Assembly: GCF_000427095.1 (NCBI RefSeq)
Contig: NC_021487.1
Span: 1,358,924 to 1,390,923, forward strand
Direction: 5' to 3'
Origin: Chthonomonas calidirosea T49
GTDB lineage: Bacteria; Armatimonadota; Chthonomonadetes; Chthonomonadales; Chthonomonadaceae
DNA: 32,000 bases
Part shown: piece after piece, positions 18,352 through 27,000 of the stretch
Position numbering within the stretch: position 1 is the stretch's first letter
Layout of the letters: the number at the start of each line of letters is the position of its first letter
Position numbers and translations under genes: made by a program
Notes under the pieces: generated by a model
The model's database searches: none
What the model saw: the letters and a program-made list of their open reading frames with translations, nothing else
What the model was told of the DNA's origin: nothing

Positions 18352-18582
18352 ATTCGGGGTTCACTTCTCTTTTTAAGAAAGGATGTGGGGGGTTGTAAGG
18401 ATGACGTAGAACTGCTATTCTTACTTTGTGAGAAATGTCGGTTCTTAGGGAAAGATAGCCAGAAATTAAACGTCCCTCTCTTGCTAGATAACAAGTCAAG
18501 CAGGAATCGCGTTTTAAAAGATGAAGCTACTTATAACAGCTTTCGCGTGCAACGAGGCAAACGAAAGCGAGGAGAATGTGCG

Positions 18583-20304
18583 ATGCACGTAGAGGAAGAA
18601 GAAAGCGTCTTTCCCGAAACACGTCCTCTTATCTATCATGCCCGCTCTCTATCAAATCGGCCTTGGGAGCAGCGCTACACGCCATTTGAAAGCGTTGGTC
18701 AGCTTCTGCAAGTGCAGACGCAGGCCCATCCAACAGCATGCTACCTGACCTTTTATGATGAGAGCGGGCCGGTAGTCTCTTATACCTACGCGGAATTTCT
18801 ACAACGAGCCTCGCAGGTTGCTTCCCTTTTACAGAGCCTAGGTGTTACCGAGGGACATCGCGTCGCAACCCTCATGGCCAACGATCCACGCACCGTGTTC
18901 ATCTATTTCGGCGCTTGGCTTCTCGGAGCTACGGTCGTTCCGCTCAACATCGGTTCAGAGGACCAACAGCTTGGCTACATCCTCTCCAATGCAAAAGTGA
19001 GGGTGGTCTTTGCCTTTGACGATCAGCTTTCTCGGGCACAACAGCTGTGGTCTTCGAATGCCGTTTCTCATTCCCTCATCGCAACCGGCAGCAGCAACGG
19101 CCGTAACGGCGTACCTTACTTTGAACAACTGCTCGACAACTATACAGCACCTCCCTCCTTGCCAAGCCTATGCCCCGACACGGAGGCGCTGATCGTCTAT
19201 ACTTCGGGCACCACGGGGCCACCTAAGGGCGTTATTCTCGACCACGCTAATCTTCTGGCGGATGCTTGCAGCATCGCCGAATGGAACCGCTTCGACCCTG
19301 ACGATCGGGCCATCAATGTGCTTCCTATCCATCATGTAAACGGAACCGTAGTGACCCTTTTAACGCCGCTCTATTCAGGCGGCAGCGTCGTGTTGAACCG
19401 GCGGTTTTACGCGCAATCCTTCTGGAAAACGATCGAAACGGAACGGTGCACCTGGAGTAGTGTGGTACCCACCGTACTAGCCTTTCTCTGTGAGCGTAAC
19501 GACGATATAACCCAATACAATCTGTCTCGCTTCCGTCATATCCTTTGTGGGGCTGGCCCTCTCACCACCGAGCTGGCGCGTCGCTTTGAAACCCAGTTTC
19601 GTATCCCGCTCATTCACGGTTATGGCCTATCAGAAACGACTTGTTACTCCTGCTTTTTGCCTATTTCTCTCGATGAACCAACACGCCGCTATTGGCTCAC
19701 CGAATGCGGCTTCCCCTCTATCGGCTGCCCACTTCCGGTAAATGAGATGGCTATTCATGATGCTAACGGCAACCCTCTTCCACCCGGCGAGCGGGGAGAG
19801 ATCGTCATTCGAGGGCACAACGTCATGCGCTGTTACTACGCCCGCCCGGAGGCCAACCGCGATACCTTCGCCCACGGATGGTTCCGTTCGGGTGATGAGG
19901 GGTTTTATCTGGTTGGTCAAGATGGTAATCCCTACTTCTTTATTACCGGCCGCATCAAAGAGCTGATCATTCGCGGTGGGGTGAACTACTCTCCCTTCGA
20001 CATAGATGAGGTTCTTAACGCGATTCCGGGAGTGCGTGCTGCCATGGCTGTAGGCTTTGAGAACGACTACTATGGAGAGGAGATCGGTGCCTATGTACAA
20101 CGTGAAGAGGGCAGCGATCTCACCGAAGAGGCCATTATAGCTGCCTGTAGAAAGCGATTGCCTTTCGAAAAATGCCCCAAAGTGGTCGTCTTCGGCGAGA
20201 CCTTTCCGGTTACCTCCACTGGAAAATACCAAAGAAACAAGCTGAAACCCTTGTTCTCCGCCTGGAAGTCGGTACAATTTAGGGAAGAGAAGCCTACAAA
20301 CTAG
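18583..20304 (+). CDS. AMP-dependent synthetase/ligase (acyl-CoA ligase family)
   Basis: The ORF is open from 18385, but ATG 18583 has GAGGAG 8 nt upstream. Core motifs are YTSGTTGPPKGV, GYGLSET, GWFRSGDEG, GRIKELIIRGGVNYSP and TSTGKYQRNKL. Confidence 0.85.
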   Translation: MHVEEEESVFPETRPLIYHARSLSNRPWEQRYTPFESVGQLLQVQTQAHPTACYLTFYDESGPVVSYTYAEFLQRASQVASLLQSLGVTEGHRVATLMANDPRTVFIYFGAWLLGATVVPLNIGSEDQQLGYILSNAKVRVVFAFDDQLSRAQQLWSSNAVSHSLIATGSSNGRNGVPYFEQLLDNYTAPPSLPSLCPDTEALIVYTSGTTGPPKGVILDHANLLADACSIAEWNRFDPDDRAINVLPIHHVNGTVVTLLTPLYSGGSVVLNRRFYAQSFWKTIETERCTWSSVVPTVLAFLCERNDDITQYNLSRFRHILCGAGPLTTELARRFETQFRIPLIHGYGLSETTCYSCFLPISLDEPTRRYWLTECGFPSIGCPLPVNEMAIHDANGNPLPPGERGEIVIRGHNVMRCYYARPEANRDTFAHGWFRSGDEGFYLVGQDGNPYFFITGRIKELIIRGGVNYSPFDIDEVLNAIPGVRAAMAVGFENDYYGEEIGAYVQREEGSDLTEEAIIAACRKRLPFEKCPKVVVFGETFPVTSTGKYQRNKLKPLFSAWKSVQFREEKPTN

Positions 20305-20319
20305 GAGTGCACACCGAAA

Positions 20320-21099
20320 ATGCAGCTTGGCGAAAAGAGTTGGCCCGAAGCCCATGAGCTGGCCGATAAGGTGGTTGTGTTGCCCCTTGGTTCTTTCGAA
20401 CAGCATGGGCACCATCTCCCTTTGCTTACCGATACGCTCATCTGCACCGAAATTGCTCGCCGCGCCGAAGCCGCCCTTGGCGATGCGGTTCTTTTTCTAC
20501 CAGTGCTCTGGGTGGGCGCTTCCGATCATCATCGCGCCTTTCCGGGCACCATTAGCGTCAGCAACGAACTCTACGTCGCTCTCCTCTGCGATATGATCGA
20601 AAGCCTTATCGGATCGGGCTTCCGAAAGATCTTTCTCCTCAATGCCCATGGAGGCAACATCACACCGGGACGCATGGCCATCTATCGCGCTCAGATGCGA
20701 CATAAGGACCTCACCGATCTGTGGATCGCCCTAGGAACCTGGTGGACGCTCGCTGCCGACGCGGTTGCGGCTGTGCCAGAGCTCCAGCAACTTGTGGTGA
20801 GCCATGCCTGTGAACAAGAGACCAGCATGATCCTTTGCCTTCGTCCCGAACTGGTACGTCGTGAGCTCGCCACCGGTGCCAACATCCCTTTTGAATCGGC
20901 CTTCTATTGCCCAGATTTCTCAAGCCCTAGCCGCGTGGATGTGCCTCGTGCTTTCGACCAACTGAGCCAAACCGGTGCCTTTGGTCACCCGGAATTGGCT
21001 ACCCAAGAAAAGGGTGAGGCGCTCTTTCAGGCCGTCGCCGAACAGGTGGTCAGCTTTCTACGCGAATTCGCAACCTGGCCCTCTCTAACACCTCAATGA
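20320..21099 (+). CDS. Creatininase-family metal-dependent amidohydrolase
   Basis: 259 aa. Motifs are LPLGSFEQHGHHLPLLTD and FLLNAHGGNI, then ...SHACEQETS. The start is 15 nt after the ligase stop. Confidence 0.85.
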   Translation: MQLGEKSWPEAHELADKVVVLPLGSFEQHGHHLPLLTDTLICTEIARRAEAALGDAVLFLPVLWVGASDHHRAFPGTISVSNELYVALLCDMIESLIGSGFRKIFLLNAHGGNITPGRMAIYRAQMRHKDLTDLWIALGTWWTLAADAVAAVPELQQLVVSHACEQETSMILCLRPELVRRELATGANIPFESAFYCPDFSSPSRVDVPRAFDQLSQTGAFGHPELATQEKGEALFQAVAEQVVSFLREFATWPSLTPQ

Positions 21100-21374
21100 A
21101 AAGGAACATACCCATGCAAAACCCCGCTCAGTCGCATCCTCTCCAAAGGTACCTAAATAGCACAGTGACCGTCTACTATCACACGAGTTACTCCGACAGT
21201 GGCGCCTTAACCTATCTAGATGCCCACTGGGTGGAGCTAGTAAAAGCGAACGGCGAGCGTCTCCTTATTCCTACCAATGGCATTCGAATCATCAAGTTGC
21301 AAACGGCCGCAGAAGCCGATTCGAACACTCTCGTTCGGGCTAGTGCGCCCGATTCCTCTCAAGAAGAACGGTAA
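21096..21374 (+). CDS. Small hypothetical protein (92 aa, or 86 aa from ATG 21114)
   Basis: ATG 21096 overlaps the creatininase stop (ATGA). The in-frame ATG 21114 has AGGAA 7 nt upstream. The core LNSTVTVYYHTSYSDSGALTYLDAHWVELVKANGERLLIPTNGIRIIKL looks like a small beta-barrel (Sm/SH3-like) followed by an acidic, disordered tail. I recognise no family. Confidence 0.5.
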   Translation: MKRNIPMQNPAQSHPLQRYLNSTVTVYYHTSYSDSGALTYLDAHWVELVKANGERLLIPTNGIRIIKLQTAAEADSNTLVRASAPDSSQEER

Positions 21375-21521
21375 GCTTGCTTGAGGTCTCTCTAACAAGC
21401 TAATATGCTCGCAAAAAGCGGCATAGAGGAGATTCTTCGTTTATTCGATGGAGAGAGACGGGCATCGAATCGTGTGCCAAACTGGCAGCGATCTTTTTCG
21501 GGACACTGCTTGTATCAAAGC

Positions 21522-22634
21522 TCAATAGCCTGAGGTGAGCGCGTGGGCAAGAATGTCGCAAACATGGCCTTCTAGTCCTATATCTATCACGGTAGAAAGG
21601 GTTTTAGGGGCAGCCATCAGTAACTGCAAGATGCGCGATACCGTTGGCTTATCGCCCACTGTTTCTGCAGCTAAAGCCCACCATACCACACGTCCGAGTT
21701 CGTCCTCCGTCATTAACTTGGAGGGCAAATAGAGCGCTTGTTTACGCAAAGCGAAGTAGAGCGCACGGGTCTCATTCGTTTTTGGCAGCCAGGCGATCGC
21801 CATAAGCTGTGCCATCTGATCGGGGTACCATACCATGGGCTGTTTTACCTCGATGCCGACTCCGTCGGCCTGGCGTCCAACAAGAAAATGGCCCCGACCC
21901 CTACTGTCAGATATCCAAAGCAGCGTGTTAATGGCCTCTAGCGTCGAACGGGCTCGATGTCTATAGAGGCGTGCCAACTGCGGACGATGCATTTTTTGCG
22001 CGAACTCAGCGGCAGCTACCCACCCTTTATAGACCTCCACGTTATCCATAGTATACATGGCTGGATAGCGTGGCTTTGCCATAGTGAGCCCGTTCGTTTG
22101 CAGCGTCAAGCAGACGCTGTTTGCGAGCTTAGGAAGCACGGCCAGGAGTTTTTGCTCCCAAGAGGGGTCTTTAGCAACCTGTAGATACTTCCAGGCTAAC
22201 TCCATAAACGTGGCGGCATAGGCGTCGGTTGAGTCGTAATCGTTGGTGGAACGCCAAGCGCCTATATCCCCCGAATAGTCGTAGATCGTGCCATCCGCGT
22301 TCATATGGGCTATATACCACTCTTGCCATCGCTTTACGGCCTGAAGGAGACCAGGATCATGGGTTATCCTATAGGCATCGAGCAGCCCCATCGCCGCGTA
22401 ATTTGCTACGTAGGGTGAGAGGCGATAGGGAGGCCGATCGCCCATGACGAGGGCACCATCCGATCGCTGTTGTGCTATAATGGCCTTTACAACAGACACT
22501 AGTGTGGCAGCCAACGCATTTCGCTGCCATTTGGCAACAGGAGAATAGGAATCGAGAGTTTGTGGCAACCCCTTTCCCGCACCGATCGCAGTCCAGCAGA
22601 TCAGCAGACATAGAAAATGCCTACTCTTCACCAT
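21522..22634 (-). CDS. Secreted hypothetical protein, possibly an alpha/alpha-toroid (six-hairpin-like) fold
   Basis: ORF 21522-22655 starts with TTG. ATG 22634 gives MVKSRHFLCLLICWTAIGAG, which is signal-like. Helical-repeat character is seen in ...YVANYAAMGLLDAYRITHDPGLLQAVKRWQEWY... and ...DAYAATFMELAWKYLQ... The fold call is an impression only. Confidence 0.55.
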   Translation of the reverse strand: MVKSRHFLCLLICWTAIGAGKGLPQTLDSYSPVAKWQRNALAATLVSVVKAIIAQQRSDGALVMGDRPPYRLSPYVANYAAMGLLDAYRITHDPGLLQAVKRWQEWYIAHMNADGTIYDYSGDIGAWRSTNDYDSTDAYAATFMELAWKYLQVAKDPSWEQKLLAVLPKLANSVCLTLQTNGLTMAKPRYPAMYTMDNVEVYKGWVAAAEFAQKMHRPQLARLYRHRARSTLEAINTLLWISDSRGRGHFLVGRQADGVGIEVKQPMVWYPDQMAQLMAIAWLPKTNETRALYFALRKQALYLPSKLMTEDELGRVVWWALAAETVGDKPTVSRILQLLMAAPKTLSTVIDIGLEGHVCDILAHALTSGY

Positions 22635-22921
22635 GATGTCGTTGTATCTCTCCAAAATTTGAGTTCTTCGTGATAAGTTTACCCTGTGTCGGTAATGCTC
22701 TCCTTGATTCTTCGTGCATGGTAACGGTAAACTTTGACATTCTGCCTAAAGTTCAAGTCAGGGAGTTCTTGCTCAATCGCGAGATCTGTGCAAAGTTAAT
22801 TTCCTTAATGCCGTCGTGGTGGAACCAGAAGCTAGGCAGAGGCGGTCTAATCTCAAAAAACCGGGCAGCCAGATCTCCGATCAAAGCAAAATTCAGTCCG
22901 GTAAAGGAGGAGTTATAATCT

Positions 22922-23947
22922 ATGACTTCGGAGACACAACAACCCGTTAGCCCCGAACGAATCCTTCAACTTATGTGGGGGCATGCAGCTCCCATGATCA
23001 TCTATGCGGGGCTTCGCAACAATGTCTTTGAGGAGCTAGCCGCAGGCCCACTGACCATTGACCGGATCCACGCAAAAACAGGCGCCTCCGTTCGTGGACT
23101 GAAGGCGCTGTTAAACGCTTTGGTCGGCCTTGGTCTGTTAGCAAAAGACACAGCAGGCCATTATCTACTCACCCCAGAAAGCGCCGCCTTCCTTGTGCGA
23201 AAAAGCCCGTCCTACTACGGCGAGCTGTTTCGCCATACCTACGAACAGCTCATTCCGAACTGGCTGGGGTTGGCCGAGATCGTGCGAAGTGGAAAGCCCA
23301 TCGTGAGTCTTGACCAGACCGACAACGGAACTGCTTTTTTTGAAAAGTTCGTTGAAGCGCTCTTTCCACTTAACTCCGGTGCTGCTAACGCGCTTGCCGA
23401 ATCGCTGTGTCTTCCGCAACTCAGCGCTCCCTACTCTGTACTCGACGTTGCCGCAGGGTCGGGCGTATGGAGCATCTGCCTTGCCATGAAGTCTCCCCAA
23501 GTGTGGGCTACAGTTGTAGACTTTCCTCAGGTCCTAACGGTCACCCGTCGGATGCTTTCGCGTTTTGGACTAACCGATCGCTTTCGATTAGTTGGGGGAG
23601 ATATGCATACGGCCGATTTTGGGAAAGACCATCAGATAGCCATTCTGGGGCACATTCTGCACAGCGAAGGCGAAATGCGCAGTCGTGAACTGCTGGCAAA
23701 GACCTATCAGGCGCTTGCTCCAGGAGGTACCATTGCCATCGCCGAATTTCTTGTGAACGAAGACCGCACCAGTCCTCCCCACGCACTCATTTTCGCTGTT
23801 AACATGCTTGTGCATACCGAGCAAGGCGACACTTACTCTTTTAACGAGATCAGACGTTGGCTTGAAGAGGTCGGCTTTCAGCACGTACGTTCCTTGGATG
23901 TACCGGCAGCTTCCCCGCTTATTTTGGCAACGAAGCCACCAACCTAG
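22922..23947 (+). CDS. Class I SAM-dependent O-methyltransferase with an N-terminal dimerisation/winged-helix domain (COMT-like)
   Basis: 341 aa. AAAGGAGGAG lies 9 nt upstream. The N-terminus reads GLRNNVFEELAAGPLTIDRIHAKTG. SAM motif I is VLDVAAGSGVWSICLA. A later segment reads GGTIAIAEFL. Confidence 0.85.
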   Translation: MTSETQQPVSPERILQLMWGHAAPMIIYAGLRNNVFEELAAGPLTIDRIHAKTGASVRGLKALLNALVGLGLLAKDTAGHYLLTPESAAFLVRKSPSYYGELFRHTYEQLIPNWLGLAEIVRSGKPIVSLDQTDNGTAFFEKFVEALFPLNSGAANALAESLCLPQLSAPYSVLDVAAGSGVWSICLAMKSPQVWATVVDFPQVLTVTRRMLSRFGLTDRFRLVGGDMHTADFGKDHQIAILGHILHSEGEMRSRELLAKTYQALAPGGTIAIAEFLVNEDRTSPPHALIFAVNMLVHTEQGDTYSFNEIRRWLEEVGFQHVRSLDVPAASPLILATKPPT

Positions 23948-24005
23948 AATAGTTGGCTGCTAGCGCCAGAGAAATAAAAGAAAGACATGTCAAGGGAGAA
24001 CGGTC

Positions 24006-24036
24006 ATGTAGGGCGACCCGCTGGGTCGCCCTACAT
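24006..24036. terminator. Perfect 14-bp GC-rich hairpin between convergent genes. Candidate bidirectional terminator or RNA-stabilising stem, without a U-tract.
   Basis: ATGTAGGGCGACCC-GCT-GGGTCGCCCTACAT, read directly. It lies 59 nt after the methyltransferase stop and 27 nt after the giant ORF stop. Neither strand has a T-run. Confidence 0.4.
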
Positions 24037-24062
24037 AGTGAGGGTGTCGAGACTGGAGCAGC

Positions 24063-27000
24063 TTACTGTCCAACGAGATCTGGATAGAGTTTGGGCGCAA
24101 AAGCAGCCATATAGAGATCAGTTGTGCCCGCGCGAGTGCTTGTCCAGAACAACCACAGGCGGTTCAGCAGCGGGTCTTTTAACACAGCGATCTGTCCTTC
24201 GTTGACAGATCCATCAACGGGCAACGGAGCTTCGTAAACATCGTTGCCAAGGGTATCGCTCATCTCGTCTCCCCAGGCAACTTGATAGGTCAACGTTCCG
24301 GAGTTCCCCGTGGTATTCGTAGCCGGATTGTAGTAGGTGTAGGTTACCTGCACCTGATTGCCCTCATCCGCCTCCGTAAAGTAGATGCGTCCTCGCTGCC
24401 AGTCCACCTCGTAAGGTCCTCTTGCGCCCGTGACCGTCAGACCCACGATTTGCGTGCCACTAGCGGTCTTAGCCACTGCCACTGGATAGGGTAGTGTTAT
24501 CATCAGACGCATTGTCTTGAAGTAGATGGCCGACTTTGTCTTCCCTCCCACATCCGTCTTGTGGTAGAAAAGCCATAGCCTGTCAGTGAGCATCGCCGGC
24601 CCGTTCGCTCCTAATGGCTGGCCATTAGGAGCGAAAACCACCACCGGACTAGTAAGGAGTTGTCGTGGATTCGGGCTGCGATCCAGCAATACATCCGGAG
24701 CCGTGTTGATTCCGACCGCATCTACAGCCGGGTGGGCACGGAATGCCATCGGCAGCGGATTGGTTGGGATATTGCCATAACCGTCGGCAACAATCAGGTT
24801 GCTGTCATCACGGCTCGTGTTAAGCCGCATGACCTGAGGAATGTAGCTTATCCGCACAATATCCGTACTTCGCGGTGGAACGTCCGGGAAGCGCACAATG
24901 CCGGCCTGCGGGTCGATCACGATGCGCCCACCGAGAGCCGAATTAAAGGTGATGGTTTGCGACGCGGGATCAAAGGTGCCAGGCCCCGCCAGCAACTGGA
25001 GCACGTTGCCATTTTGGTCAATCCGTTCCAAAGAAAGGTAGGGTTGCGGGTTATTGCTAAACGGTTGTTGATTGTTATAACCTATATACCAACCCACGTC
25101 ACGTGCAACAAAATGGTTCGTCGCCCCAGCACGCGTCAACGTCTCATCGGTTACCGGCGGCAACGGCAGCACAAAGAGCTGACCAGGCGTCATCACCGGA
25201 GCATTGGCACCGAGGTTCTCGCCACGATAGATGCCATAGCGGATCATAAGAGTCTCGGCATGATCCCCTCGCCCTGGCAATACACCAGTAAAGTAGAGGT
25301 CAATGGCATCGAAGACCCGTACATCGGGATTCGGATTAAACGGATTTTGTGCATAGACACGACGATAGATTGGAACGGGATGGCTCTGCTGCCCCAAGGT
25401 AATAGGCGTAGGCAGGAGGATTCCATCCGGCTGCCAACCTGCTTCAGAAAGCGTGCCGCTTAAACTGGTGCTTAAATTGAAGTTATAGTAGATTTGAGTA
25501 TGATCTTGGCGCCCCACAGAGTAGAACAGATAGAGAAACTTCTGAGCAGGAACGTTGCGCCCACTATCGGCAGCCAATTTCACCAGTAAAGGCGCGGGAG
25601 TGTACTTTGGAACGGATGGATTTCCAGGTACGAAGTTCGGTGTGCCTTGGGGTACGTAAGGATAGGTTGGGCTCAACGGCTGCCAGAAGAACCGCATCTC
25701 CGTAACTTCCTGATTCGGAGCGGTCTGTTTTTGTACCTGACCGGCAAAGAAGAGGTAGGCCTCATTGTCAGCCGGTGGCCCGACGGTGATATTGCCGTTG
25801 GCAGCAACATCGTTAGCAGTCGCTACGGTGGGACTGGCAAACTGCACCGTACCCGGTATCAGCGTTCCAGGTATGGTATTGTCACCCGTCGTTGGGAAGA
25901 GCGTCTGTAGCAAACCGGCATTGGTGAGATCGAGCAAGGGCGCCGTTGGATTCCACCACTGCTGCAGGTTCGGTTGGCCGAACTGAGCAAAACTCATGTA
26001 GCCTACTCCACCCATCGAGCCTAGATTGAGGTAGGGCATGGTAAGCCAACTATAGAGAATATCAGATGGGCTTGTGGGGCCTGGGGCTGTATTGCCGCGC
26101 AACGAGTCGGAAGTCCAGTAGAGATAGAGGCTACTGGTATTATCGGCTGCAGGATAAAGGACGGCAGCCGGCAGCATGTTAAAACCGGTGGGTAACGTAG
26201 CGTTCGGGCTGGATTTCTCCAAGTTGTTCGGTGCCGCAAAGTTCACCGTATCAATTTGGCTCAAGCTGCCCTGGGTGGTTCCCCCTGTAAGGCGGTTTGG
26301 TACGACCGTAACCTTTATCTGAATACCGGGGTTCGCGTAAGCCTCCAGGGCCTGCCCCACCGGATTGGTATTCAGAATATCATCGTCGTTGCCGGCCAAA
26401 GCACTACTGCCATAGTTACTTCCCGACGTAGCCAACCACTCTCTCCACTGCAGCGGCATCTCGTCCTCATAGGGAACAACCGTTCCCACATAGGTTCCCA
26501 CCGGCGTGCCGAGGGGCACGGTGATGCCGAGCTTGGGCGCCTGAGGTGTGAAGCCGTTACCACTCGGCACATAGCCATGCGGTACATCGGGGATTGTAGC
26601 CACCGTGCCTTGTGCATCTCCGGGCAAGGGTTTATGCAGCGTAGGATAGGGCTGCAGGTTATTAGGCGTCCAGAACGGGTTTGGGATCGGATAGAGGTCG
26701 GTGTCACTCAGATTCGCCTGACCGTTATTGTAAGGATGGTCGAAGGAGGAAACGAACCCGATGTTGCCCGTTCCTGGCGTGGGAATAGGGCTGTTTGCCG
26801 AGCCGAAGGGTGGTGCAAGCAGCCACGAGGAGAAGAGTTGATCAACCTGATCGCTCTGCAGCCCTTGGGCCACGGCAGCTCCTGTCGCAGGTGCGAGGCC
26901 TGGAGTCAAGGAGGAGGCGCTAAATGTAGAGCCGGGTTGCCCTATCAGTGTAGCGATGCGCAAATCCACAAGGTTCACGTTGCTGTCGCTCACCAGAGTG

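Noticed and set aside
18385-18582. N-terminal 66-aa extension of the ligase ORF, and the 231-nt gap as a possible riboswitch or leader
   Set aside because: The extension has a non-ATG start, no SD and non-protein-like sequence (MGGCKDDVELLFLLCEKCRF...). I could not find conserved riboswitch-like helices or a terminator/antiterminator pair. It remains plain intergenic sequence unless covariance searches say otherwise.
19630-20415. 261-aa minus-strand ORF
   Set aside because: It is antisense to the ligase and creatininase genes, which carry unambiguous family motifs. It has no motif or SD of its own.
22670-22918. 82-aa plus-strand ORF filling the divergent spacer and ending 3 nt before the methyltransferase ATG
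   Set aside because: It has a GTG start without an SD and a basic, Cys-containing sequence with no motifs. Its stop position makes a coupled uORF conceivable, but there is no positive evidence.
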